From the NCBI GenBank assembly GCA_038250835.1, contig JBBSBY010000002.1, positions 21,087-85,086 on the forward strand: DNA of 64,000 nucleotides, in the 5' to 3' direction. The notes under the pieces are model-generated. The model was given only the letters and a program-made list of their open reading frames with translations. It searched no databases and was not told the DNA's origin. Made by a program: the position numbers and the translations under genes. The DNA comes from Desulfomonilales bacterium (lineage in GTDB: Bacteria; Desulfobacterota; Desulfomonilia; Desulfomonilales; Desulfomonilaceae). Below, piece by piece: positions 8,609-18,905 of the stretch. Within the stretch, counting starts at the first letter, position 1. Each line of letters opens with the position of its first letter.

Positions 8609-11515
8609 TTATTGGGTCAACTTGGCCGTTTCGTGCTCAATGAAGAAAGCTTCAATAATATCGCCGACTTTAATGTCTTTATAGTTTTCAAGGCCTATGC
8701 CGCACTCATATCCTTCGAGAGCTTCACGAACATCTTCCTTGAATCGTTTCATGGATGTGATTTTGCCTGTGTAGACAACAACATTATCTCTAATCAATCT
8801 GACCTGGTTCGATCTCTCGATTTTGCCGGAAACAATATAGCAACCTGCGACCATGCCTATTTTAGGAACATGGAAAGTCTGTCTGACTTCGGCCCGACCG
8901 TTCACGGTCTCCTTTTCTATGGGAGCGAGCATGCCCTCCATGGCGTTGCGGATGTCGTCAAGCGCCTCATAGATGATCGTGTAAAGGCGTATATCAATCT
9001 TCTCTTGCTCGGCAAACTGAGCCGTCTTAGGCGTAGGCCGAACATTGAAGCCTATAATGATCGCGCTTGAAGCCCTTGCCAGCATAACGTCCGATTCGGT
9101 GATTGCCCCCACACCGCTATGAATTACTTTTATTTTAATCTCTTGCGCTGAAATGCCGGTGAGTGCCTCTTTCAGAGCTTCCACGGAACCTTGCACATCC
9201 GCTTTGACAATCAGGTTCAGCTCTTTGGTAGGCTGTTCGTTCATTCGAGCGAGCAGGTTCTCTAAAGATACCGGCGCAGCAGCGGTCAAGTCGTGCTCAC
9301 GTTGCTTTTGTAGGCGATGTTCCACAATCTGTCGAGCGACTCGTTCCTCTTCTACAACCAAGAAAATCTCACCCGCCTCAGGAACGCCTGAAAATCCGTG
9401 AACTTCAACAGGAGTAGCGGGCCCCGCCGTTTCCACATTCTTTCCGGAATCATCCAGCATTGCTCGAACTTTACCGGAATGAAAACCTGCGACAAATGGA
9501 TCGCCAAGCTTCAGAGTTCCTTCTTTTACCAACACTGTAGCAATGGGACCTTTTCCCTTGTCAAGTCTAGCCTCAACCACTGTTCCCGTTGCGCCTTTAT
9601 CCGGATTCGCCTTCAACTCCATCATTTCAGCTTGCAGAAGTATCAAGTCCAATAGATCTTCTACGGCTTCGCCTGTTTTGGCGCTAACATAGGCAAATAA
9701 GGTGTCTCCACCCCAAGATTCAGGGATCAAGCCGTGCTCGCTGAGTTCCCTTAAAACACGATCCCTATCGGCCTCTGGTTTGTCGATTTTGTTAACAGCG
9801 ACAATTATGGGAACACCGGCGGCTTTAGAGTGGTTTATGGCTTCTACCGTCTGATCCATTACACCGTCATCAGCGGCCACGACCAGAATTACGAAGTCCG
9901 TAACTTGAGCTCCGCGAGCTCTCATTGCAGTGAATGCCTCATGACCGGGAGTATCCAGAAACACGAGTTCTCCGCGGCCTATTTTTACTTTATATGCTCC
10001 AATGTGCTGGGTAATGCCGCCTGCTTCCTGATCCGTCACGTGAGTTGAGCGAATTGCGTCCAGTAAAGATGTCTTACCATGATCCACGTGGCCCATAACC
10101 GTTACCACCGGTGATCTAGAGACCAGATTTTCAGTAGTGTCAAGAATTTGGGACGGAAGCATACTGACTTCGGACTGTTCCGTGGATTCAACCTCGTATC
10201 CGAATTCTGCGGCCGCGAGGCTCGCGGTTTCAAAGTCGATGGCCTGGTTTATAGTCGCCGCTACTCCCACACTTAGTAGTTGTTGAATTAAATCCGAAGC
10301 TTTGACGCTCATTTTGTGAGCAAGGTTCGCCACTGTAATCAATTCAGGCGCCTTAATTCTTCTCTTAATGGCCTTGGGCATTGTGATTTCAGTCTTTTTA
10401 GGTTTTGGTCTTCGCCCTCTGCCTCTCAATCGCGAAGGTCTGGATCTATCGTCGTAAATTTCAGATTTGAGGATGACTTCTTTGCGACGTTTCAATCTGC
10501 CTTCATCAATCTTTTCATCCAGCCCTTCCTTAGGCTTTTTTTCCTTTTTCTTGGCTTTTTTCCGTTTATCTTCCTCAGAATAATCAGCCATAACATTTTG
10601 CTGAGCAAATTGCTGAACATCTATTTGAGGTTCGGTGCGGCGCATTGGAGACGGCGTCTGAGTTGTTGGTCGAGTCGGGGGCTCGGGTGATCGCTCAACA
10701 GGGGTTTCCCTGACCGGTTCCTTTCGCAATTCCACCTTCCCAATAATTTGGGCGGGTTGCATTCGTTTATCTTTTTTCTTTTTCCTTTTGGCGTCCAAAT
10801 TCCGATCATCGGCCGACGGACGTTGGGCTTCCCCTCGTGACTCCCGGTCGGAACCGGGTCCCTGAGGCGGCTTTGGGGCTTCAGCAACAATTCGAGCCGG
10901 TTCATGGCCCGACTCCTTTTTCGGTGTGGATTTTGTCTGAGGTTCAGAGAGGGTTTTTGCAGAGGCAAATCCTTCACCGTTCTTCGGAGCGTGTTCTTGC
11001 ATTGTTCCGGTGTCTTGATCATGCGCATCGGACGCGGCTGTAGATTGGAGAGAGACCGTCTTGTCTCCGGACTTTGGCTGTGTGGTTTCACGTACGGAGT
11101 CAGGGCGCGGACCGATTTCAAGTATACGCGCAGGTTCCGGTTTCCGGACTCTTTTTAGAGGCTTTTTGGAAGCCGACGAATCTTTTTCTGCCCGCGCGTC
11201 ACCAGCCGAAGCTAGATTAGCTTGAGTCGCTGATTGAGCATCTGCGCCGTTATCCTCGAAGGAAGGTTCGCCGCTTGTTTGTTGGTTAGGTTTGGTCCTT
11301 CGTCGAATTACAGTCGGCTTGATTCTCTTTTCCACTACTTCACGTTGCGGAAACATGTCCACGAGTTGAGCCCGTAAAGCATCGGGATCATCGGTCTCCA
11401 AAGGACTTTCCGGGCCTTGGACCTCGAAACCTAATGTAACGAGTTCCCTCACTAAATCTTCGTTTTTGACCTTTAAGTCGCGAGCCAGGTCATCAACGGT
11501 AATCATCGTCATCAA
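8609..11515 (-). CDS. infB: Translation initiation factor IF-2
   Basis: 968 aa. G-domain motifs are [17 protein letters not shown] and NKID. The N-terminal region is a long Lys/Glu/Pro-rich low-complexity stretch. Three ATGs (11515, 11512, 11506) are possible starts. Confidence 0.97.
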   Translation of the reverse strand: MMTMITVDDLARDLKVKNEDLVRELVTLGFEVQGPESPLETDDPDALRAQLVDMFPQREVVEKRIKPTVIRRRTKPNQQTSGEPSFEDNGADAQSATQANLASAGDARAEKDSSASKKPLKRVRKPEPARILEIGPRPDSVRETTQPKSGDKTVSLQSTAASDAHDQDTGTMQEHAPKNGEGFASAKTLSEPQTKSTPKKESGHEPARIVAEAPKPPQGPGSDRESRGEAQRPSADDRNLDAKRKKKKDKRMQPAQIIGKVELRKEPVRETPVERSPEPPTRPTTQTPSPMRRTEPQIDVQQFAQQNVMADYSEEDKRKKAKKKEKKPKEGLDEKIDEGRLKRRKEVILKSEIYDDRSRPSRLRGRGRRPKPKKTEITMPKAIKRRIKAPELITVANLAHKMSVKASDLIQQLLSVGVAATINQAIDFETASLAAAEFGYEVESTEQSEVSMLPSQILDTTENLVSRSPVVTVMGHVDHGKTSLLDAIRSTHVTDQEAGGITQHIGAYKVKIGRGELVFLDTPGHEAFTAMRARGAQVTDFVILVVAADDGVMDQTVEAINHSKAAGVPIIVAVNKIDKPEADRDRVLRELSEHGLIPESWGGDTLFAYVSAKTGEAVEDLLDLILLQAEMMELKANPDKGATGTVVEARLDKGKGPIATVLVKEGTLKLGDPFVAGFHSGKVRAMLDDSGKNVETAGPATPVEVHGFSGVPEAGEIFLVVEEERVARQIVEHRLQKQREHDLTAAAPVSLENLLARMNEQPTKELNLIVKADVQGSVEALKEALTGISAQEIKIKVIHSGVGAITESDVMLARASSAIIIGFNVRPTPKTAQFAEQEKIDIRLYTIIYEALDDIRNAMEGMLAPIEKETVNGRAEVRQTFHVPKIGMVAGCYIVSGKIERSNQVRLIRDNVVVYTGKITSMKRFKEDVREALEGYECGIGLENYKDIKVGDIIEAFFIEHETAKLTQ

Positions 11516-11789
11516 TTATCCCTTCTGTTTTGAGCCCGTTCAGTAGTGCTTCTTTTGGCGGAATAACCGCCTTGTCACAACGTAACGCTCTTGAAAAAGA
11601 TCCCTTTTTGAGGGCGAGTTCAACACATTTCAAGCTAAAGCAAGTGTAACAACCCCGTCCCGGATAGATACCTTTGCGGGATTCGTATTTAAATGTTTCT
11701 TCAACAACGATAAATCTGATCAATTCCCCTTTAGGACGCTTTTCCCGACAGCCGACACATTGGCGAATGGGAACATGTCCCCGCCTCAT
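11493..11789 (-). CDS. ylxR: YlxR/DUF448 family RNA-binding protein
   Basis: 98 aa. It has [18 protein letters not shown] and GRGCY motifs and the canonical position between nusA and infB. Confidence 0.85.
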   Translation of the reverse strand: MRRGHVPIRQCVGCREKRPKGELIRFIVVEETFKYESRKGIYPGRGCYTCFSLKCVELALKKGSFSRALRCDKAVIPPKEALLNGLKTEGIIDDDDYR

Positions 11790-13093
11790 AAGGCCTCTTG
11801 ATCAAATTCTTCTTGCCGAATTGCCGATCCCGATCTTTCTTCTTCTTCAGCAATCTGCGAAGTCAAATACCGCAGGGCGCCTTTAAGTAAGGTCTTACCT
11901 TTTTCTTCGGTGATGCCCATGAAACTTGTAAGTTCGGCTAAAGTGGCATGGCCGATGTCCTCTGGAGTCCTGTAGCCGTTTTCAAATAATATTGTCGCGG
12001 TTTCCTCATCCATGCCTTCTATTGACAGCAATTGTTCAAAAGATTCCGCAGTTACTTTCTCATCTTTGGATTCACTGCGGACATCAATTTTCCAACCCGT
12101 CAGCTTAGCGGCAAGCTTTACATTCTGACCCTTCTTGCCTATGGCGAGTGACAACTGATCGTCCGATACAATAACTTCCATAGTATTGGTATCGGAATCA
12201 ATGACGACCTTTGTAATTTCAGCAGGTTGCAGGGCATTGCTGACAAAATATGCCGGATTGTCGTCCCAGGGAATAATATCGATCTTTTCGCCGCGGAGCT
12301 CTTGGACAACCGCCTGGACTCTGGAGCCTTTCATTCCTACACAAGCGCCTACCGGATCAACATCCGCATCGGAGGATCTTACCCCAATTTTAGCTCTCAC
12401 ACCAGGCTCGCGAGCCGCGCACATAATCCTGACGATTCCTTCGGCTATTTCCGGAACCTCTTGCTCGAAAAGCTTAACAAGAAATTCGGGAGCAGATCTT
12501 GTAAGGATAATCTGGGGATCTTTCTGAGTTTTCCTCACGTCCTTTATGAGAGCGCGTATTCTGTCGCTCTGACGATACGACTCTCTGGGTATTTGGTCGG
12601 TGAGTGGCAGGACGGCTTCACCGCGACCGAGATTAATAATGATGTTCTTCTTTTCGAACCTCTGGACCACTCCGGTTACGACATCACCCTTGCGATCTTT
12701 ATACTCTGCGTATATGTTTTCCCGTTCGGCGTCTTTAACTTTCTGTATAATAACCTGCTTAGCCGTCTGGGCGGCTATGCGTCCAAAGCTTTCAGTTTCC
12801 ATCTTTACACCGAGCTGATCACCAATCTCGGCCTCAGGATCAAGATCTCGCCTGGCCGTTTCAATATCGATTTGAACTGTAGGATCTTCAACGGTTTCGA
12901 CGACGTCTTTGAATAAGAAAACTTCAACTTCTCCCGTTTCGTCCGAGTATTGAGCCTCTAGTTCGACTTTAATTCCATATTTCTTTCTAGCCGCTGAGAT
13001 CAGCGCAGATTCCAGAGCTTCCACCAATGTTTCTCTGGCGATGCCCTTTTCTTTTGCTACCTGATCAATCATGCGGTTCAGGTTAATTCCCAT
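11786..13093 (-). CDS. nusA: Transcription termination/antitermination factor NusA
   Basis: 435 aa. The N-terminal domain, S1 domain and two KH domains (GACVGMKGSRVQAVVQELRGEKIDI; AIGKKGQNVKLAAKLTGWKIDV) are recognisable. Confidence 0.97.
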   Translation of the reverse strand: MGINLNRMIDQVAKEKGIARETLVEALESALISAARKKYGIKVELEAQYSDETGEVEVFLFKDVVETVEDPTVQIDIETARRDLDPEAEIGDQLGVKMETESFGRIAAQTAKQVIIQKVKDAERENIYAEYKDRKGDVVTGVVQRFEKKNIIINLGRGEAVLPLTDQIPRESYRQSDRIRALIKDVRKTQKDPQIILTRSAPEFLVKLFEQEVPEIAEGIVRIMCAAREPGVRAKIGVRSSDADVDPVGACVGMKGSRVQAVVQELRGEKIDIIPWDDNPAYFVSNALQPAEITKVVIDSDTNTMEVIVSDDQLSLAIGKKGQNVKLAAKLTGWKIDVRSESKDEKVTAESFEQLLSIEGMDEETATILFENGYRTPEDIGHATLAELTSFMGITEEKGKTLLKGALRYLTSQIAEEEERSGSAIRQEEFDQEAL

Positions 13094-13094
13094 G

Positions 13095-13604
13095 TCAATC
13101 CCCCGCTCCTGCAGATCCTCTTCTCAAGTCTTCGCGAAATAAATCCGATTCCGGGAGGTCGAGTCTGGCTTTGTCAATCTCGTTTGCGTCAATCTGAACT
13201 AGATCGCCTTCGACATCCACTATTATCGCGTCGTTTTCTGCGCCCTTCAACACTCCAACAAAATTTCGTCTGCCGCTGATCTTGCTTCTGGTCTTTATCC
13301 TGACCGGAGATCCGGCAAAACGCTTAAAATCCGCTTCTTTTCTCAAAACTCGGTTAACTCCCGGGGATGACACTTCCAAGGTGTACGCCTTGTCTATTGG
13401 ATCTTTTATGTCAAACAAAGCCCCCACTTGACGGCTGACATTTTGACAATTATCCAATGTGATTCCTTTAGCCGAATCTATGTAGAGTCGCAAAACCCAC
13501 TTGCCGGCCTCAAATTGGAACTCAAGTTCGACGAGTTCAATCTCCTCCGGTTCTAAGACCGGTTCTATCATTTGCCATAATTCACGAGTTAGCTGTTTGT
13601 CCAT
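13095..13604 (-). CDS. rimP: Ribosome maturation factor RimP
   Basis: It sits directly upstream of nusA and has RimP-like sequence (IEPVLEPEEIELVELEF...LEVSSPGVNRVL). I trimmed the start to the ATG at 13604 (MDKQLTREL...). The longer track ORF would run through the terminator hairpin up to the tRNA. Confidence 0.88.
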   Translation of the reverse strand: MDKQLTRELWQMIEPVLEPEEIELVELEFQFEAGKWVLRLYIDSAKGITLDNCQNVSRQVGALFDIKDPIDKAYTLEVSSPGVNRVLRKEADFKRFAGSPVRIKTRSKISGRRNFVGVLKGAENDAIIVDVEGDLVQIDANEIDKARLDLPESDLFREDLRRGSAGAGD

Positions 13605-13674
13605 CCGAATATGTATAAGCCTTGTATAGCTGCGAGGCTGAAGTCGATCAATCGGCTGTAATTTCAAACCGCTA

Positions 13675-13706
13675 TAATAAAAAACCCGGGGATTGAAAAC
13701 CCGGGT
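13675..13706 (-). terminator. Rho-independent terminator (or attenuator) downstream of tRNA-Gly
   Basis: The minus strand reads ACCCGGG-UUUUCAAUC-CCCGGGU followed by UUUUUAUUAU: a 7-bp GC-rich stem, a 9-nt loop and a U-tract. Confidence 0.55.
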
Positions 13707-13722
13707 GGTATAGACCACTCAA

Positions 13723-13798
13723 TGGAGCGGGCAACGGGGATCGAACCCGCGACATCAAGCTTGGGAAGCTTGCACTCTGCCAGCTGAGCTATGCCCGC
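13723..13798 (-). tRNA. tRNA-Gly (anticodon CCC)
   Basis: The minus strand reads GCGGGCATAGCTCAGCTGGCAGAGTGCAAGCTTCCCAAGCTTGATGTCGCGGGTTCGATCCCCGTTGCCCGCTCCA. It folds with a 7-bp acceptor stem and a D-arm. The anticodon stem CAAGC/GCTTG carries loop TTCCCAA, and there is a GTTCGATC T-loop and an encoded CCA. Confidence 0.95.
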
Positions 13799-13807
13799 AT
13801 AGGATTG

Positions 13808-13836
13808 AATCTAACAATCGGAATGCATTGTGTCAA
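13808..13836 (-). promoter_or_regulatory. Sigma70-type promoter for tRNA-Gly
   Basis: The minus strand reads TTGACA, a 17-nt spacer, then TAGATT, with 9 nt to the first base of the tRNA. Confidence 0.5.
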
Positions 13837-13910
13837 GCGATTTTGATGCGAACTCACAACAGGGTACACAATTTTTGCAATATCGACTGCAATTCCTACA
13901 AATTCACAAC

Positions 13911-15257
13911 TTACGATTTTATGGCGTCGTTTTCAAGGGAGGCTGAGGGCACAATTCGCAGTTCTTTTATTCTGTTCCTATCCATGGATAATATCTCAAA
14001 CCGCAAATTTTCGTAATCTACATAGTCTCCCGGAGAAGGAATTTTGCCGAGCTTATCCAATACGAACCCGGCAAGAGTTGAATAATAATGCGAATGGGGG
14101 AGAATAATCCGGTGTTGTTCTTGCAATTCATGTAAAGTAATTAAACCGTCTACGGTAAGAATCCTATCCGATGAGGCGCTTTTTACGTCCCCCGTCAAAG
14201 CGGCCATTCCACTCCGCGCTTCGCCTGTCAGTTCTTCAAGTACATCCTCCATGGTCACGATGCCGTCAATAATACCGTGCTCATCTACTACCACGGACAG
14301 TTGTTCGTCAAGACGCTGCATTTCAGCCAGTACCTTGTCTAGTGGTCGCCCTCTGGCTGTAAAATTAGGAAGCCTAAGCAATAACGAAACCTTACCAGTG
14401 TCATCGTAAAACAAAAGGTCCTTGATGTTCACGACGCCGAGCACATTTTCGCCTCGCCTATCCACTACGGGATAGTAGGTGTAATGGTACTTGCGAAAGG
14501 CCTTGATAAGCCTTTCCCTGAGGAGCGGATCATTTTTGGATTCGGCCTTTATCGCGACAATCTTGTGCCGAGGTATCATAATGTCTTCTACTCGAATCTG
14601 AGAGAGCCGCGTCACTCTAACCAGCATATCATAAATGTCCGCCGTCATTTGGCGACTTTCCACCAACTCGGAAGCCATCATGCGAAGTTCTTCGGGGGTG
14701 AACGAAGCGGACTTCTGGTCGGCTTTGAAGCCGAATAGCCTCAAAAACGCGCGAGTCGACTTGGTTAAGAACCAGACGATAGGTCTGAAGATATTGGCAA
14801 TAATAGAAAAAGGTTTCGCCAGAAGTAAGCTAATTTTCCCGGGATATCTTCGCGCTAAGGATTTCGGCGCAAGTTCACCCACTACTACACTGACGTACGC
14901 TATTGCCACACTGACCAAAAGAACAGCCATTATATGCCCCAGGGCTGAATCGGGTGAAATTCCGATTTTCTCCAACAGCGGAGTGAACATATCCACTGCC
15001 GAAGCGCCGCCGATCGCAGACGATAGAGTCGCTATAAATGTTACCCCGATTTGAACAGTGGCAAAGAAAACGTCAATATCCTTTTGCAGTCCTATAGCGG
15101 TTCGCGCCCCCGGAAGTTTTTCCTTTTCATAACGTTTGAGGCGTGCCCTTGGAACTGATACCAAGGCCATTTCTACACATACGAAAACACTATTCAAAAG
15201 AATTAGTAACCCTATGGTCGTAATTAAAATAGGAGTAGACACGGTATGGGCCCCCAT
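13911..15257 (-). CDS. CNNM/CorC-family membrane protein (DUF21 + CBS pair + CorC_HlyC; 'hemolysin family')
   Basis: 448 aa. It has an N-terminal 4-TM DUF21-like region, a CBS-pair region (RVEDIMIPRHKIVAI ... VVDEHGIIDGIVTMEDVLEEL) and a C-terminal transporter-associated domain. Confidence 0.88.
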   Translation of the reverse strand: MGAHTVSTPILITTIGLLILLNSVFVCVEMALVSVPRARLKRYEKEKLPGARTAIGLQKDIDVFFATVQIGVTFIATLSSAIGGASAVDMFTPLLEKIGISPDSALGHIMAVLLVSVAIAYVSVVVGELAPKSLARRYPGKISLLLAKPFSIIANIFRPIVWFLTKSTRAFLRLFGFKADQKSASFTPEELRMMASELVESRQMTADIYDMLVRVTRLSQIRVEDIMIPRHKIVAIKAESKNDPLLRERLIKAFRKYHYTYYPVVDRRGENVLGVVNIKDLLFYDDTGKVSLLLRLPNFTARGRPLDKVLAEMQRLDEQLSVVVDEHGIIDGIVTMEDVLEELTGEARSGMAALTGDVKSASSDRILTVDGLITLHELQEQHRIILPHSHYYSTLAGFVLDKLGKIPSPGDYVDYENLRFEILSMDRNRIKELRIVPSASLENDAIKS

Positions 15258-15546
15258 AAATATACCAAAATGTTAGAAGACATACACCACTGAATAAAGA
15301 GTATCAGTTTTTAGCGGATGATTCACTAATAGAGCGTTATGGATTTGTTTTTGATGGTCATGGAAATGGTAAATGGATATGGATGTAATCGAGAAGCAGC
15401 GTCTAACAGATCGGTGTTGATTTGTGATCGATGAGAAGTAGTGAGGCTCGATTCTATGAGAATCGAGCTCAAACTTCCAGTTAAATTAGTCCTTAGCTTC
15501 GGTAGTGCGTCAAACGCATTTGTTGATATAATCTTCGATGAATGGA

Positions 15547-17448
15547 TCAAATATTCTTATCATTTATATCGATTTTGGCTTTATCCTCCATGGTCTTCAA
15601 CCAACCTTTTAAAAATTCGGCCTTTCTAACATCCAGAACCCATTTCTCAATAGCAGCGGAATCTTTCGCAAATTGTTCATCAGTTCCTTTATCTATTTTC
15701 GTGAGTCTGACGATAACAGATCCGTCGGTAGTATTGATGGGGGTGGGATATATGGGCGCCCCCATTGAAATTGTGGCCAACATTTCCTGAACTGCAGTCC
15801 CGGATCCTATCTTGGGGACATAATTAGTGAGTCTGGTGACCGGATCGAGCTGTTTCCAAGACAAACCATGATTAGAAGCAATAGCATCAGGATCGGCGCC
15901 CGGTTGTTTTAGTTCTTCTATTATTTTTGTGGCCTTCTCCTGAGTTTCCTTTGCGGCCAGCTCTTTGCGATGGTCAGCTACAACCGCGCTTCTAATCGTA
16001 TCAAGAGGTGGGATTCGTTCCTTTTTACGATCAATTAGCTTGACTACTATATAGTAGTCTCCACTACGAAGCATTTTTGAAACATCGCCGGTTTTTAAAG
16101 AGAAGATTTCCGTGGTAACTTTAGAGTCTGATCCAATCCCCGGAATTCCACCTGCTTTAGTAACAGCAGCTTTTTTGACCTCGAAACCAAAATTGCTCGC
16201 TGTTCCGGTTAAATCATCCGATCTATACACTTTTTCGTAAAAATCATCAGCCATCTTAGTAATCTGTTTTTTGGCCTTTTCTTCAAAAAGCTTTTCGGCG
16301 ATTTTTGATTTTGCTTCTTCAAACGGAACTTGGGACTCAGGTTGCTTCTCTTCTACTTTGATGAGGTCAAAGCCCGAATCCAAAAGAATGGGGTCTGAAA
16401 TGCCGCCCACATCCAACTTAAAGGCAGCGCCTTCAATGGATGGATTGAGAGAACCCTTAGTTATCAGCCCGATTTCTCCGCCATTTTCGGCAGTTCCTTG
16501 GTCCTGTGACTCAGTTTTAGCCAATTCAGCGAAGTCGGCGCCTGCCAGAATCTTCTGACGAAGATCCTCCATCTTTTTGCGAATCTCAGCCTTCTGCGCG
16601 TCATCCGCATTTTCCGGGAAAGCCAGGTAAATATGGCGAATTTTGATTTTTTCAGGAGTGGTAAACTCTTTAGGGTTATTTGTATAATAGGCTTTAATCT
16701 CATCGTCGCCGATTTTTATCTCCTTCTGCAAATCTCGCCACGAAAAAGCCACGTAATCGATATCCAATGTTTGGGGAATCTCATATTTTGCTTGATTTTC
16801 TTTGTAGAAAATCTCAAGAGCCTTCTGGTCAATTCCTGTTCCTTCGGCGGGTTGGACCGGTGGGATCGTCAACGTGGAAAGCGCCAATTTATCATTCTGG
16901 AAGTGCCAGTATTTTTTAATTTCGTCAGGATTTAATTTTATGGAATCGGTCAGCAGATCGACGACTTGACGCTCCAAAAGTTCGTGTTTGCGAGCCGCCT
17001 CAAAAGCTGTGGGGGAAAGCCGTAACGAATTTACATAGGCTCTGTAGATTGACTCGTCAAATTGACCGTCCCTCTGGAACGCAGGATTGTACTTTAAATC
17101 GTCTATTACATCTTGATCCGTAACTTTTAATCCCAGCTTTTCCGCTTCTTGCAGTAACAACGCTCGATGAACCAATCCTTGCAAAACACCCTTTTTTAGG
17201 TCTAACTTTTCAATCAATTCCGGAGGGACGTTCCCTTTGAATCGCATACGAATTTTTTCGAGCTCAGTGTCATATACCGTGCGGAACTGATCGTAGCTGA
17301 TCTTGGAATCATTGACTTTGGCCACATAATCTCTCGATTTTTCGTTTGTTGACGGCCAGCCGTACCACAGAACAAAAGTGATGATTATTCCGCCCAGGGC
17401 AACTTTAATGAGCCAGGATTGAGCGTGTTTTCGCATTAATTCCAGCAC
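15547..17448 (-). CDS. Periplasmic chaperone / peptidyl-prolyl isomerase, PpiD-like
   Basis: 633 aa. It has an N-terminal membrane anchor (WLIKVALGGIIITFVLWYGW), a SurA-N-like domain, and a parvulin-like segment (IRHIYLAF...ELAKTESQDQGTAENGGEIGLITKG). Confidence 0.85.
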   Translation of the reverse strand: MLELMRKHAQSWLIKVALGGIIITFVLWYGWPSTNEKSRDYVAKVNDSKISYDQFRTVYDTELEKIRMRFKGNVPPELIEKLDLKKGVLQGLVHRALLLQEAEKLGLKVTDQDVIDDLKYNPAFQRDGQFDESIYRAYVNSLRLSPTAFEAARKHELLERQVVDLLTDSIKLNPDEIKKYWHFQNDKLALSTLTIPPVQPAEGTGIDQKALEIFYKENQAKYEIPQTLDIDYVAFSWRDLQKEIKIGDDEIKAYYTNNPKEFTTPEKIKIRHIYLAFPENADDAQKAEIRKKMEDLRQKILAGADFAELAKTESQDQGTAENGGEIGLITKGSLNPSIEGAAFKLDVGGISDPILLDSGFDLIKVEEKQPESQVPFEEAKSKIAEKLFEEKAKKQITKMADDFYEKVYRSDDLTGTASNFGFEVKKAAVTKAGGIPGIGSDSKVTTEIFSLKTGDVSKMLRSGDYYIVVKLIDRKKERIPPLDTIRSAVVADHRKELAAKETQEKATKIIEELKQPGADPDAIASNHGLSWKQLDPVTRLTNYVPKIGSGTAVQEMLATISMGAPIYPTPINTTDGSVIVRLTKIDKGTDEQFAKDSAAIEKWVLDVRKAEFLKGWLKTMEDKAKIDINDKNI

Positions 17449-17540
17449 GGGAGTCTCCTTTTCGTTAAAGCCTAGTAAATGACGCCGGATAATAAGTATT
17501 TTGGACTATATTGTCAATGTTTGCGCTTACCTGATATCGC

Positions 17541-17569
17541 TTGAAAGGATAGTGCGTATCTGGTATAGT
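17541..17569 (+). promoter_or_regulatory. Candidate sigma70 promoter upstream of mreB
   Basis: It reads TTGAAA, a 17-nt spacer, then TATAGT. This would give a leader of about 210 nt before the mreB ATG. Confidence 0.4.
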
Positions 17570-17786
17570 TCGCACGCTTTCTTTACAAGCTGATCATGTA
17601 AATTGCCATAAAAGACGCGGGCTTATTTACAAGTCCGTCACCATCTATGACGTAACTTTACGCCCAAAACGGCGCCAATATCATAGATAATCCTTACGTC
17701 CGGCGCAAAGGCCTGTGCTGCGGAAACATTTCTCATTTCACTTGAGAAGCTTGCGCAAATCACGTCTTCCGACCAACAAATAAAAA

Positions 17787-18827
17787 ATGAGCTTTCTAGA
17801 TTCGGTTTCCGGAGTTTTCTCCAACGACATGGCCATCGACTTGGGTACCGCAAATACTTTAGTTTATGTGCGTGGGCGAGGGGTAATTTTGTCGGAACCC
17901 TCCGTTGTCGCCATAAAGACCGATCTCAAGCGCGGTCCTCGTATCGTGGCTGTGGGGACCGACGCAAAAAAAATGCTCGGTAGAACGCCGGACAATATAA
18001 AGGCCATACGCCCTCTAAAAGATGGAGTCATCGCCGATTTTGAAGTAACTGAGGCGATGCTGAAACACTTTATTTTTAAAATTCATCATAGACGCTACCT
18101 CGTTAAACCAAGAATAGTTGTTTGTATACCCTCCGGAATAACGCAGGTGGAAATGATGGCGGTTCAAGAAGCCGCCAAAAGCGCGGGCGCCAGGGAAGTT
18201 TACTTAATAGAAGAACCGATAGCGGCCGCTATCGGCGCCGGTCTCCCTATAACCGAACCTACCAGCAACATGATCGTAGATATAGGTGGTGGAACCAGCG
18301 AAGTGGCTGTTATCAGTATGTCGGATATAGTCTATTCGAAATCATTACGTGTCGCTGGTGACAAAATAGACACGGCGATAATAAAATACGTGAAGCAGAA
18401 ATATAGCTTACTAATCGGCGAACGCACGGCTGAAATGATAAAAATGATGATCGGCAGCGCCTGTAAAGAAAAACATGAGACCATAATCGAAGTTAAAGGT
18501 AGAGATCTTATCGCAGGCATACCAAAAATTATTGGCTTGAGATCCGGTGAAGTCACCGAATCAATAGCGGAGCCCGTTCGCGCGATCCTCGAAACCATAA
18601 AAACAGCGTTGGAACAAACACCCCCCGAGCTTGCCGCCGATATTGTGGATAATGGTATCGTTTTGACCGGCGGTGGATCACTTCTCAAGAATTTAGATGA
18701 AGTGATAAGAAGGGAAACCAGTCTTCCGGTTGTTGTCGCTGATGACCCCCTTTCCACAGTAGTCCTGGGCTCAGGGCGTGTGTTCGAAAATTTTGCTCAG
18801 CTCAAGGACGTATTGGTAAAAGTTTAA
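17787..18827 (+). CDS. mreB: Rod shape-determining protein MreB
   Basis: 346 aa. It is actin-like (DLGTANTLVYV, DIGGGTSEVAVIS, GIVLTGGGSLL) and is followed by mreC and mreD. Confidence 0.97.
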   Translation: MSFLDSVSGVFSNDMAIDLGTANTLVYVRGRGVILSEPSVVAIKTDLKRGPRIVAVGTDAKKMLGRTPDNIKAIRPLKDGVIADFEVTEAMLKHFIFKIHHRRYLVKPRIVVCIPSGITQVEMMAVQEAAKSAGAREVYLIEEPIAAAIGAGLPITEPTSNMIVDIGGGTSEVAVISMSDIVYSKSLRVAGDKIDTAIIKYVKQKYSLLIGERTAEMIKMMIGSACKEKHETIIEVKGRDLIAGIPKIIGLRSGEVTESIAEPVRAILETIKTALEQTPPELAADIVDNGIVLTGGGSLLKNLDEVIRRETSLPVVVADDPLSTVVLGSGRVFENFAQLKDVLVKV

Positions 18828-18905
18828 CCGTCAGCTCAGTTACGGGACGCTGAGAGCTTTCCAACTTCATGGGAATCGGTAATTACATTTCGTTCAGATG
18901 CCTAA

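Noticed and set aside
10560-11300. Low-complexity, repeat-like Lys/Glu/Pro/Ser-rich coding stretch
   Set aside because: This is the normal variable N-terminal region of IF-2. It is not a tandem DNA repeat or a mobile element.
15440-15475. 8-bp hairpin (CTCGATTC-TCATA-GAATCGAG) between ppiD-like and the CNNM gene, as a possible terminator
   Set aside because: There is no U-tract on either strand, so I cannot support it as an intrinsic terminator. It may still be a protein-binding palindrome.
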